A stretch of DNA of 64,000 nt from an uncultured Collinsella sp. (GTDB taxonomy: Bacteria > Actinomycetota > Coriobacteriia > Coriobacteriales > Coriobacteriaceae), in contig CAUGNZ010000002.1 in assembly GCA_959601045.1 (NCBI GenBank), forward strand, positions 23,420 to 87,419, given 5' to 3'. Shown one piece after another: positions 44,656-52,962 of the stretch. A program made the position numbers and the translations under genes. The notes beneath the pieces are model-generated. The model was given only the letters and a program-made list of their open reading frames with translations, ran no database searches and had not been told where the DNA came from. Numbering within the stretch: position 1 is the stretch's first letter; each line of letters begins with the position of its first letter.

Positions 44656-45741
44656 TTACGCAAACAGGCCGTAAATGCTGATGTTGGCCTTGGCGTACAG
44701 GCTGTTGGCGTACTCGGTCCACTTGGAGCTGGCGCTCGAAGCCTGCGAAGAATACTGCTGGTAAGCGGTGTAATAGGCGGTCATGGCCTGCTTATAGGTG
44801 GCGCTATCGGCGGTAAAGGCATCGTCGGCGAAGGCCTTAGCGTAGGTGCTGTCGGCGTCCTTCCAGGTGCCCTTCGAGCTATCCCACTCGTCGCCGGCAA
44901 GTTTGATGATGTAGTCGGCGTAGTCCTTGCTCGCAGTCTCCTCGTTGCCGTCAGAAGGCTCGGTCGGAGCGGTCGGCATGCTCGCGGAAGCATCGCCCAC
45001 CTTCTTCTTGTAGAGCTTCTGCAGCGTCGCGGACTGACGGACGATCTGCTTGGCCTGATCCTTGGACACGCCGTACTGTTTTGCCATGGTCTTGTAGTCG
45101 GAGGTGCCGATGGAATCCTCGGCGTACTTCTTCATCTCCTTAGAAGAGACGGTAATGCCCTCGTCCTCGGCAGCATCGAGCAGAATCTTGTTGCGCACGT
45201 AGGACAGGATGACATCGGCAGAAGGAGCGGTGTAGTTGCCATCGCTATCCTTGACGGTATCGAGGCTGTACTGGCTCTCGATGGCCTCGCGCGCGGTGAT
45301 GTCGCTCTTCTTGCCGTTATAACTATAGCTTGCCACGGTCGAATCGAGCTGGTCCTCGGTCAGGGTCGACGAACCGACACCCTTGCCGCCAAAGCCGCCA
45401 TTGCCAATAAAGAAGCCGACCACCGCAGCGATCACGACTGCAACCACGAAGGCGGCGATCATCGTCTTCTTGTGCTTGGATGCATGGTCGTCCGCGTCGG
45501 AGTCGTCGTCCTCGTCCTGTTCCTCGGGCATGAGGTTCTCGTCGGCGGCGTCCGCGGCGACCTTTGCCTCCAGGCGAGCGTCCTCTTCCTCGGCGGTCGT
45601 GCCGGCAGCAATGTGCTCGGCAGACGTACCGGCGACCAGGTCGATCTTCTCGTCCTCATCACCGTCGGGGCCTTCGCCGCGCTCGATGATCTGGATGCCG
45701 TCGATCTCGTCCTTCTCGTCCTTCTTTTGAATCAGACCCAT
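44656..45741 (-). CDS. Membrane-anchored protein with an acidic N-terminal tail and a SurA-N/PrsA-like chaperone-type domain (function uncertain)
   Basis: 361 aa. D/E-rich first ~90 aa, one TM helix (MIAAFVVAVVIAAVVGFFIG), then a soluble helical domain. Confidence 0.7.
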   Translation of the reverse strand: MGLIQKKDEKDEIDGIQIIERGEGPDGDEDEKIDLVAGTSAEHIAAGTTAEEEDARLEAKVAADAADENLMPEEQDEDDDSDADDHASKHKKTMIAAFVVAVVIAAVVGFFIGNGGFGGKGVGSSTLTEDQLDSTVASYSYNGKKSDITAREAIESQYSLDTVKDSDGNYTAPSADVILSYVRNKILLDAAEDEGITVSSKEMKKYAEDSIGTSDYKTMAKQYGVSKDQAKQIVRQSATLQKLYKKKVGDASASMPTAPTEPSDGNEETASKDYADYIIKLAGDEWDSSKGTWKDADSTYAKAFADDAFTADSATYKQAMTAYYTAYQQYSSQASSASSKWTEYANSLYAKANISIYGLFA

Positions 45742-45867
45742 ATCAGTTACTCCTTGTTAGGAAACATAGTCTTCAATAGAATACGCCCGACGAGGCGCCG
45801 GGCGTATTGATTCTTAGGTTATACGCAAACACTTAAGTACTATTTAGGCGTTTGCAGTCTGCATGCC

Positions 45868-46953
45868 TTAGGCCAGGTGCGCGATAACGGCATCGGCAAA
45901 GGCCTGCGTGCCCACAGCGCCCTCAACGGAGCCGGTCTGGGCACGACGCACGTCACCGGTAACCTGCTCGCCCTCGTCGAGCGTGGCAGATACGGCGGCA
46001 CGAATGCGATTGGCAGCATCGTTCTCGCCCAAGTGGTCGAGCATCATCGCAGCAGAAAGGATCTCGGCCGTGGGGTTGGCGATATCCTGGCCCGCGATAT
46101 CGGGCGCGGAGCCGTGCGTTGCCTCGAAGATGGCGCAGTCGGCACCGATGTTGGAGCCGGGGGCCATGCCCAGACCACCCACCAGGCCGGCGCACAGGTC
46201 GCTCACGATGTCGCCGTACAGGTTGGGCAGCACCAGAACATCGAAGTCGTTGGGGTTCTGGACCAGGCCCATGCAGGTGGCGTCGACGATCTTGTCGTTG
46301 AACTCGATATCGGGATAGTTGGCGGCCACCTCGCGCGCAACGCGCAGGAACAGGCCATCGGTCGCCTTCATAATGTTGGCCTTGTGCACGGCCGTCACCT
46401 TTTTGCGGCCGCAGCGGCGGGCATACTCAAAGGCATACTCCACAATGCGGCGGCTCTTGGCGATAGAGATCGGCTTGATCGAGATCGCGGAATCGGCGGC
46501 GAAGGTCTTTTGGCCCGAACGCTCGACGAGCTGCGAGAGCTCCTCGACCTCGGCAGCGCCCTCATCGAACTCGATACCGGCGTAGAGGTCCTCGGTGTTC
46601 TCGCGCACGATGACCAGGTCGACGTCGCGGAAACGCGAGCCGTCGCCCGGCTGCGACAGGCAGGGGCGCACGCAGGCGTACAGGTCAAAGTGCTTGCGCA
46701 GGGCCACGTTAACGCTGCGGAAACCCGTGCCGACCGGCGTGGTGATGGGGCCCTTGATGGCAACCTTGGTCTCGGCGACCGCATCGAGCACGTGCTGGGG
46801 CAGCGGCGTACCAAACTCGTCCATGACACCGGCACCGGCCTCCTGGACGTTCCAATTGATCTGGACACCGGCAGCCTCGACCACGCGGCGCATGGCCTGC
46901 GTAATCTCGGGACCGATACCGTCACCGGGAATCAGGACTACATCGTGCGCCAT
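45868..46953 (-). CDS. Isocitrate/isopropylmalate dehydrogenase-family enzyme (NAD-IDH-like)
   Basis: 361 aa. [34 protein letters not shown]. Confidence 0.85.
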   Translation of the reverse strand: MAHDVVLIPGDGIGPEITQAMRRVVEAAGVQINWNVQEAGAGVMDEFGTPLPQHVLDAVAETKVAIKGPITTPVGTGFRSVNVALRKHFDLYACVRPCLSQPGDGSRFRDVDLVIVRENTEDLYAGIEFDEGAAEVEELSQLVERSGQKTFAADSAISIKPISIAKSRRIVEYAFEYARRCGRKKVTAVHKANIMKATDGLFLRVAREVAANYPDIEFNDKIVDATCMGLVQNPNDFDVLVLPNLYGDIVSDLCAGLVGGLGMAPGSNIGADCAIFEATHGSAPDIAGQDIANPTAEILSAAMMLDHLGENDAANRIRAAVSATLDEGEQVTGDVRRAQTGSVEGAVGTQAFADAVIAHLA

Positions 46954-46959
46954 AATCTG

Positions 46960-47658
46960 TTACTCCTCGTCTTCGGCGGCCTCAGATTTTTTAACGCTAG
47001 CACGCTTCTTCTTTTTGGAGAGATCCAGGCCAAAACGTTTAACAAGCATTTCGCAAATCTCGCTCGAACGGGCCTTGAGATAGCTGCCCTTACCGTTCTC
47101 GGCATCGAACTTAAGGCGCAGCGCAAGCTTCTCGGCAACCTCGGCGTCGATCTCGCCCTGGCAAAACTCGTACAGGCAACCGAGCATGTCGCGATACTCA
47201 AGGTCGCCGTGGTAGCACTGGATGGCCTCGTCCAGGATGGGCCAAGCCTCGCGCGAACGCTCGACGCTCGTGGCACCCCACACGCACAGCAGGCGGAAGG
47301 CGGCATAGCGCAGCGTGGAGGAGATCTCGTCGAACAGTGCAGTCTCGGCGCCCTCAAAGGCATCGCCCAGCTGCTCGGGGCAGGTGGTGGCGAGCGCCGC
47401 CAGGGCATCGAGGGCCTCCCAGCGGGTCTGAGCCTCGGGGCGGTCGAGCGCCTCGATCAGCGCAGGCACGCAGGGCACAACGCGCTGCGGATCGCGCTCG
47501 GCCAGCAGATGCAGCACGCGGGCGGCAAACTGGCGGATGCGGCGCGTGGGGCAGCCGAGCTCCTTGACCAGACGGTCGACGGCGTTCTCGTTCTCCTCTG
47601 CCAGCTGAAGCTGTGCCAGTTCCTCGTCGGTGAGCTGTTCGTCTTTGTTTTCTGCCAT
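46960..47658 (-). CDS. Hypothetical alpha-helical (HEAT/ARM-like) protein with a Lys-rich tail
   Basis: 232-aa ORF, tightly spaced (6 nt) before the dehydrogenase gene. No recognised family. Confidence 0.65.
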   Translation of the reverse strand: MAENKDEQLTDEELAQLQLAEENENAVDRLVKELGCPTRRIRQFAARVLHLLAERDPQRVVPCVPALIEALDRPEAQTRWEALDALAALATTCPEQLGDAFEGAETALFDEISSTLRYAAFRLLCVWGATSVERSREAWPILDEAIQCYHGDLEYRDMLGCLYEFCQGEIDAEVAEKLALRLKFDAENGKGSYLKARSSEICEMLVKRFGLDLSKKKKRASVKKSEAAEDEE

Positions 47659-47673
47659 AGTTACCTCTTCTTA

Positions 47674-48102
47674 CTATTTCTTAGCGTGCTTGCCAGCACC
47701 CTTGCTGTCATCGGTGACCGAGATGAGCTGTCGGTCGGCCGCGCCATTGCGACGCGCACGGCGGCGTTCCTCAGCGTCGCCCGCGTCGGCGGCGGCGCGA
47801 TGAGCCTTGTTGACGTTAAAGACCTCGTCGTGCTTGCGCCACGGCCCGACGGACTCGCCAAAGCTCATCTTAAGACCGGCGATAAAGCCGCCGAGCCAGC
47901 CGATCGGCGCAAACTGCACCAGCGGGAACAGCGAGAACACCCAGGTCAGCAGGACGACTGCCGCCGCGCCTGCAAAGTTGGCAATCCAGTAGTCGCGCTT
48001 GGTGATCACGCGCTTTTCGCAGGCCCACTGGCCGCACAAAAAGCCAATGTAGATCGCAAAGAGAAAGAGCACCAGCGCGAGCACCACGAACGTCCAGCTC
48101 AT
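47674..48102 (-). CDS. Small membrane protein (3 predicted TM helices, basic C-terminal tail)
   Basis: ATG 48102 follows GAGGAG, 5 nt after the upstream gene's stop. 142 aa. Confidence 0.65.
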   Translation of the reverse strand: MSWTFVVLALVLFLFAIYIGFLCGQWACEKRVITKRDYWIANFAGAAAVVLLTWVFSLFPLVQFAPIGWLGGFIAGLKMSFGESVGPWRKHDEVFNVNKAHRAAADAGDAEERRRARRNGAADRQLISVTDDSKGAGKHAKK

Positions 48103-48107
48103 GGGCG

Positions 48108-49187
48108 CTACTCCTCGTGATGATGGCCGCAGCAGCACTCGTGGCCGTCGTCATGGCCGTGGCCGCCGCAGCACTCGTGGTCCTCGCCGTGATGGTGACC
48201 GCAACCGCACTCGTGGTCGTCGCCATGCTCGCCGCAACCGCAGCCGTCCTCGTGGGAACCGTGCTCCTCGGGACGATACTGCGACCAGTCCAGACCGGCG
48301 GCGATGGCATCGGCCTCCTCCTTGTAGAGGACCGTGATGGCCTGGGTGCCCAGCTTGGCGCCACCGATGGCGTCGAGCATGTCGTAGAGCGTAAAGGCCA
48401 CGTCGGCGCCGGGCAGCGCAAGCTCGCGATCGTCGGCATAGGCAAGCGCCAAGCGCAGGTCCTTGATGAAGTGCTCGACCATAAAGCCGGGCTTGTAGTC
48501 GCCGTCGAGTGCCTTGGGCGCCAGGCTCTCCATGGCGCCGGACTTGCCGGTACCGCCCAGGATCATCTGGCGGGTCTTCTCCAGGTCAAGGCCGCTCAGC
48601 TCGGCAAATGCCATGGCGTCTGCCATGCCGACCATGCAGGCGCCCAGCGACACCTGGTTGGCGAGCTTGGCAGCCTGGCCCTTGCCGGCGCCGTCGAAGC
48701 AGCAGATGTTGGCCGCGAAGGTGGCAAGGATATCGCGGACCGGCGCGATGTCGTTCTCGGTGGCGCCCACGATAGCCGTGAGCGTACCGGCGATAGCACC
48801 AGACTCGCCGCCGGTGACGGGGCAGTCAAACGCCATGCGGCCCGTGACCTGGGCGGCCTCGGCAATATCGCGCGCGAGCTCGGGCGAGCTCGTGGTGAGG
48901 TCAATCAGAACCGCGCCGGGCTTGGTGCATGCAAGCAGGCCGTCGCCCGCCAGGTAGAGCTCTTCGACCTCGGAGGGATAGCCCACCATGGTAAAGACAA
49001 CGTCGGCGTTCGCCACGGCATCGGCCGGCGTATCGGCCCAGGCGGCACCGCGCTCAACGAGCGCTGCAGCCTTGGACTTGGTGCGGTTGTTGACCGTGAC
49101 GGGATAGCCGGCGTCCAGGATGTGGCCGGCGATGGGGGCACCCATGATTCCGGTGCCGATAAATGCGACAGAGAGCTTGTTTGCCAT
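48108..49187 (-). CDS. NAD(P)-dependent beta-hydroxyacid dehydrogenase (HIBADH/GarR family) with a 53-aa His/Cys/Gly/Asp/Glu-rich C-terminal tail
   Basis: Rossmann N-terminus VAFIGTGIMGAPIAGH, a typical ~305-aa core, and the tail EEHGSHEDGCGCGEHGDDHECGCGHHHGEDHECCGGHGHDDGHECCCGHHHEE. Confidence 0.88.
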   Translation of the reverse strand: MANKLSVAFIGTGIMGAPIAGHILDAGYPVTVNNRTKSKAAALVERGAAWADTPADAVANADVVFTMVGYPSEVEELYLAGDGLLACTKPGAVLIDLTTSSPELARDIAEAAQVTGRMAFDCPVTGGESGAIAGTLTAIVGATENDIAPVRDILATFAANICCFDGAGKGQAAKLANQVSLGACMVGMADAMAFAELSGLDLEKTRQMILGGTGKSGAMESLAPKALDGDYKPGFMVEHFIKDLRLALAYADDRELALPGADVAFTLYDMLDAIGGAKLGTQAITVLYKEEADAIAAGLDWSQYRPEEHGSHEDGCGCGEHGDDHECGCGHHHGEDHECCGGHGHDDGHECCCGHHHEE

Positions 49188-49285
49188 GAAACCTTTCCTT
49201 TTGGGTTGGGTGTTATTACCAGGTTGAATACTCGGTGCCAGCGTTTGGGCTGTGAGTTGGGGGCGAATACGGACGCGCTACTTGC

Positions 49286-50242
49286 CTACTGACCGCGCAC
49301 GCGGCGGGCGATGCGGTCGGAAAGCGACGCCTTGTCGGCGCGGTTCTTACCCCAAAACGCGCAGGCCACCATGCCGGGGCCCACGTGCGAGCCGATGGTG
49401 GGGCCCACAGAGCTGCGGATGATCGTGACGTCGGCGCAGCCTTCCTCTTTGCGGATGGCAGCCTCGAGCCAGTCGCCGTCTTTCTCGGCATCGGCCGTCA
49501 TGATGGCGATGGGCATGGTGCGGTCTGGCACGTAGTTCTCACGGAACGACTTGAGGATGGACTTGAGCGCCTTCTTGCGGCCGCGGTTGACGCCGATCAG
49601 CGACAGCGAGCCGGCCAAGTCGTAGGAGAGCTCGGGCTTGACGTCGAGCTTTGCCGTGAGCTGTGCCGCAGCGGGCGGAATGCGGCCGCCGGCAGCCAGC
49701 GCATCGAAGCTCTCGAGCGTAAAGTAGCCGTGCACGTAGGTCTTTGCCTCGTTTGCCCAATCGACCAGCTGCTTGGCGGTCAGTCCCGCCGAACGCTGGC
49801 GCACGGCCTCGAGCGCCAAGAGCGCGCCGGTCGCGCAGGGCAGAGCGTTGTCGACCACGTACAGCTCAAAATCGGGATACTCGGCACGCACGGCGTCCGC
49901 CGCCTGGCACGCGGAGTTGTAGCTCGACGACAGCGCCGAGGTAAAGCACAGGTAGACCGTGGGCGTGCCCTCTTTGGCGCACTCGGTAAAGAACTCGATA
50001 TAGCGACCGAGCGACACAGCCGAGGTGGACACGCGGGCACCGGCGCGCATGCGGTCGTAGAACTCCTTGGGTGTGATGCTCGACCAGATGTCGTCCGTGC
50101 GCTCTTCGCCATCGATAATGAAGGGAAAACCCAGGATATCGACATCGAGGTTCGCGGCGACCTCAGGGCTAAAGTCGCAGCAGGTATCGACGACGATGCG
50201 GCAACGGTCCGAATGACCGGCGGATGCGGCCTTGTCCATCAA
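49286..50242 (-). CDS. DegV-family fatty-acid-binding protein
   Basis: 318 aa with a DegV pattern (IVVDTCCDFSPE...STSAVS...). Confidence 0.85.
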   Translation of the reverse strand: MMDKAASAGHSDRCRIVVDTCCDFSPEVAANLDVDILGFPFIIDGEERTDDIWSSITPKEFYDRMRAGARVSTSAVSLGRYIEFFTECAKEGTPTVYLCFTSALSSSYNSACQAADAVRAEYPDFELYVVDNALPCATGALLALEAVRQRSAGLTAKQLVDWANEAKTYVHGYFTLESFDALAAGGRIPPAAAQLTAKLDVKPELSYDLAGSLSLIGVNRGRKKALKSILKSFRENYVPDRTMPIAIMTADAEKDGDWLEAAIRKEEGCADVTIIRSSVGPTIGSHVGPGMVACAFWGKNRADKASLSDRIARRVRGQ

Positions 50243-50257
50243 AGCGACTCCTTACGT

Positions 50258-50292
50258 AAAAAGGCGGCCACCCGCATGGGATGGCCGCCAAC
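50258..50292 (-). terminator. Hairpin terminator after hpf
   Basis: GGCGGCCATCC ... GGGTGGCCGCC followed by TTTTT on the minus strand. Confidence 0.7.
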
Positions 50293-50318
50293 CGTTAACT
50301 CATGCAAGTTAACGTATT

Positions 50319-50903
50319 TTACTCGTCAAGTGTTTCGATACGGGGCTTGATGATGCCATATCCACCATTCTTACGGTGATACACCACATTGATGAGGCCA
50401 GTCGTCGCGTTCTCGAACACGTAGAAGTCGTGACCGAGCAGATCGGTCTGCACCAGCGCCTGCTCCTCAGTCATCGGGGTGACATCGATGACCTTCTCGC
50501 GGACGAGCAGGTCGTCCTCCTCCTCGGGCAGCAGCAGGTCGGCCAGATCCTCGACGCGCTCGACCGGCGCGACATCCGCTGCGCTGGCACCGCCCTGGCG
50601 GTTGTCCACGACCTTGGTCTTGAACTTGCGCAGCTGGCGGGTGACCTTATCGGCGGAGAGGTCGATGGCGGCATACATATCTGCGCCGTGCTCGGCAACG
50701 CGAATCACAGAGCCGCGGGCACGAACCGTGACCTCGACGATTGCCGGGTTGGGGTTCGAGGGGTTCTTCTCATAACGAAGCACGACGTCGACTGTCATGG
50801 GCTCGATATCGAAAACCTTGAGCGCCTCGCCGATCTTCTCATCCACATGCGCACGCAGAGCATCGGTTACCGTCGTCTTGCGTCCAGAAACCTTGATATC
50901 CAT
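50319..50903 (-). CDS. hpf: Ribosome hibernation-promoting factor (long HPF)
   Basis: MDIKVSGRKTTVTDALRAHVDEKI... forms the S30AE N-domain, followed by a C-terminal dimerisation domain. ATG at 50903. Confidence 0.9.
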   Translation of the reverse strand: MDIKVSGRKTTVTDALRAHVDEKIGEALKVFDIEPMTVDVVLRYEKNPSNPNPAIVEVTVRARGSVIRVAEHGADMYAAIDLSADKVTRQLRKFKTKVVDNRQGGASAADVAPVERVEDLADLLLPEEEDDLLVREKVIDVTPMTEEQALVQTDLLGHDFYVFENATTGLINVVYHRKNGGYGIIKPRIETLDE

Positions 50904-51219
50904 ACGTGGCTCCAATCTGCCTCGGGGACTTACTGTACTGGCTATGTACCCATTGCCGTGCATTTAATCACGCGGATTCCTAAAGACCCGAATAACGATT
51001 GCTTGATACCGCATACCGAAGTCTCGCACTTTTCCGTGGCAAAGTGCGCTATAGGAGGGAGCCGACGGTTTTGTATTTGGTCCGAAAATTGGCTTTGACC
51101 TGCTGGTTTTATGGGAACGAAAAAGCCGGGCTCCCCTGTTGAGAGAGCCCAGCGATGCGTGTTGAAACCGTGAAGAGGCGTCCCTCCTAGCGCATAGGAG
51201 ATGCCACCCCTAGCAATAA

Positions 51220-52230
51220 CTAGCTATTGAGCTTGTTAATGTCGGCGTCGGTGATAGTGCCCTCCTGGCTGGACGATTTATCCTCGGAAGATGCACCCTC
51301 GCTGCTCGAATCGGAGGATGCGGACTCGCTGGATCCGGTGTCGGTCGACTGCACGTCGGCGCCCGAGACCGTCTTGTTGGTGGGGTCATAGGGCATCGTG
51401 CCGTACCAAACGGAGTGGACCGCCTCGAGCGTGCCATCGACCGTGATACCGTCGAGGGCATCGCTCACGGCACGGCATAGCTCGTCGTTGGCCGCGAGGC
51501 CCGCGACGCCGATCGTCGAGGGCGTCTCGAGCGTGCCGACGTAAGAGACCTGGCTCATCAGGCGCGCAAGGTAGCCGCCGGCCGTGGAGTCGCAGATCAC
51601 GTAGTCGACCTCGCCGGACTCGAGTGCCTCAAAGCACTCGTTGATGTTGGAGAAGGTCTTTTGGTTGGCCGTGATGCTCTGCTTGGCGAGCGCTTCCTGC
51701 GAGGCCGAGGAGGTCTGAACGCCCAGGGTAGCGGTGTTAAGCGTTTCGGTGGAAACGCTCAGAGACTCGCCGTCGCTCGTCTTTCCGAACACTGCCGCAG
51801 CGTCGTACAGGCAAGTACCAAGCGCGCTGATGTCACCATCCGTGGAATTGATGTCGCCAATGAAGACGTCGGCCTTTTTGTCGCCAAGCGCGGAATCGGC
51901 AGAAGACGCATCGACGAAGGCAACCTTAAGGCCCATACGGCTTGCAAGGGCACGAGCGGCATCGACCGCATAGCCCGTGAGGTTACCATCGGCGCCCTGC
52001 ATGGCCTGCGGAGCATCGGAGGTATCGAGAGCAACCGTCAGGGTACCGGGAGTGACCAGGGCATCGTCCGACACCGTAGGGGTAACGGTCTCGCGCTCGA
52101 TCTGGTCAATCGTGGGTGTCGTGAACGTGGACAGTGGGTTGAACGCGCATCCGCTCAGACCCAAAACGGCAATGACCGCCGCGGTCCCAGCACCTAACCG
52201 AGCCGCGTGCACCAAGCTGCCCCTCACCAT
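51220..52230 (-). CDS. Amino-acid ABC transporter substrate-binding lipoprotein (SBP_bac_3-like) with a Ser-rich C-terminal tail
   Basis: Lipobox AVLGLSGC. The start is set at ATG 52230; the 166 upstream codons of the ORF-track call have no coding character. Confidence 0.75.
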   Translation of the reverse strand: MVRGSLVHAARLGAGTAAVIAVLGLSGCAFNPLSTFTTPTIDQIERETVTPTVSDDALVTPGTLTVALDTSDAPQAMQGADGNLTGYAVDAARALASRMGLKVAFVDASSADSALGDKKADVFIGDINSTDGDISALGTCLYDAAAVFGKTSDGESLSVSTETLNTATLGVQTSSASQEALAKQSITANQKTFSNINECFEALESGEVDYVICDSTAGGYLARLMSQVSYVGTLETPSTIGVAGLAANDELCRAVSDALDGITVDGTLEAVHSVWYGTMPYDPTNKTVSGADVQSTDTGSSESASSDSSSEGASSEDKSSSQEGTITDADINKLNS

Positions 52231-52561
52231 GTCCACTACCCTGCCTTCTGTGTCGTATACAATCCGTGCGTTGCGCGGAATAACTGGTTGTTCCCACCAG
52301 CTGACCTGGTATTTGACCCCACACTTGCGCACCGGGGTGTTTGCTCGGGAGGCCGCAGCCACCTTCACGACTGACCCGCTCGCCCGCGAGGCGGTATTGC
52401 CCCAAAGAAAGTAGAACGGACGGTGCGGCTTACATCTAGGACGCGCCATGATCGCGCCGCGCGCACGCGGTCGCTTACGTGGATCCCTTTGACCGCGTCT
52501 GTCTTGGACTAGGACGGGCATTTCGTCCGTCCGCAACCACAGCCTGGTAGGAACGAAGCGC

Positions 52562-52590
52562 ATTATAGCTAAGTTCAAGCTAAAGTTTAA
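52562..52590 (-). promoter_or_regulatory. Sigma-70-like promoter on the minus strand (TTAAAC-17 bp-TATAAT)
   Basis: -35 at 52590-52585 and -10 at 52567-52562, read on the minus strand. Lies ~325 nt upstream of the SBP start codon. Confidence 0.5.
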
Positions 52591-52711
52591 GGTTAGGGGC
52601 GTCATTCGCATCGCGAGTACAGATTTCGCAGGTCGGAGTGGGCTATTCGTGCCCCTATGAAGCCCGGAGCTCCCCTGTGGGGAGCTCCGGGGTACCCTTC
52701 TTAGGGTGCCG

Positions 52712-52928
52712 TGGCCAAAAAATGGCAAATATGAGTACTGTCACCAATTTAGTAACAGGTAATTTTGGCCTCTCGGACAGGTTTTGCGCTCAGTGCCGCC
52801 AACTTGATGCTTAGTTATTCTACATTTGTTTATTATCTTCTGACTTTACGCCACCTCCGAGTCTTAAATTCCCTGATTTTGCTGTTACTGATTTAGTGAC
52901 AGTACTCATATTTGTCATTTTTTGGCCA
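52712..52928. mobile_element. MITE (217 bp, ~47-bp terminal inverted repeats, AT-rich, non-coding)
   Basis: TGGCCAAAAAATGGCAAATATGAGTACTGTCACCAATTTAGTAACAG ... CTGTTACTGATTTAGTGACAGTACTCATATTTGTCATTTTTTGGCCA. Confidence 0.8.
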
Positions 52929-52962
52929 GGGTATATGATTAACCCCCTATTTTCGTCGCGAA

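Noticed and set aside
45877-48120. 747-aa plus-strand ORF
   Set aside because: It lies entirely antisense to the four tightly packed minus-strand genes (IDH-family gene through the small membrane protein). It is a shadow ORF.
52240-52560. Possible tmRNA, RNase P RNA or SRP RNA in the long non-coding stretch
   Set aside because: None of the universal motifs was found on either strand: GAGGAAAGTCCGGGC for RNase P, GTCAGGTCCGGAAGGAAGCAGC for SRP, or a tRNA-like 3' end with tag ORF for tmRNA.
52620-52700. Local resemblance to the SAM-I riboswitch core (ATGAAGCCCGG, GGTGCC) on the plus strand
   Set aside because: Only short fragments match and the P1/P2/P4 pairing cannot be drawn. No plus-strand gene lies downstream; only the MITE and a minus-strand gene do.
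52231-52728. N-terminal 166 codons of the ORF-track call 51220-52728
   Set aside because: The sequence is Arg/Pro-rich nonsense that runs through a promoter-like element and into the MITE. The lipoprotein signal peptide with its lipobox starts at ATG 52230.
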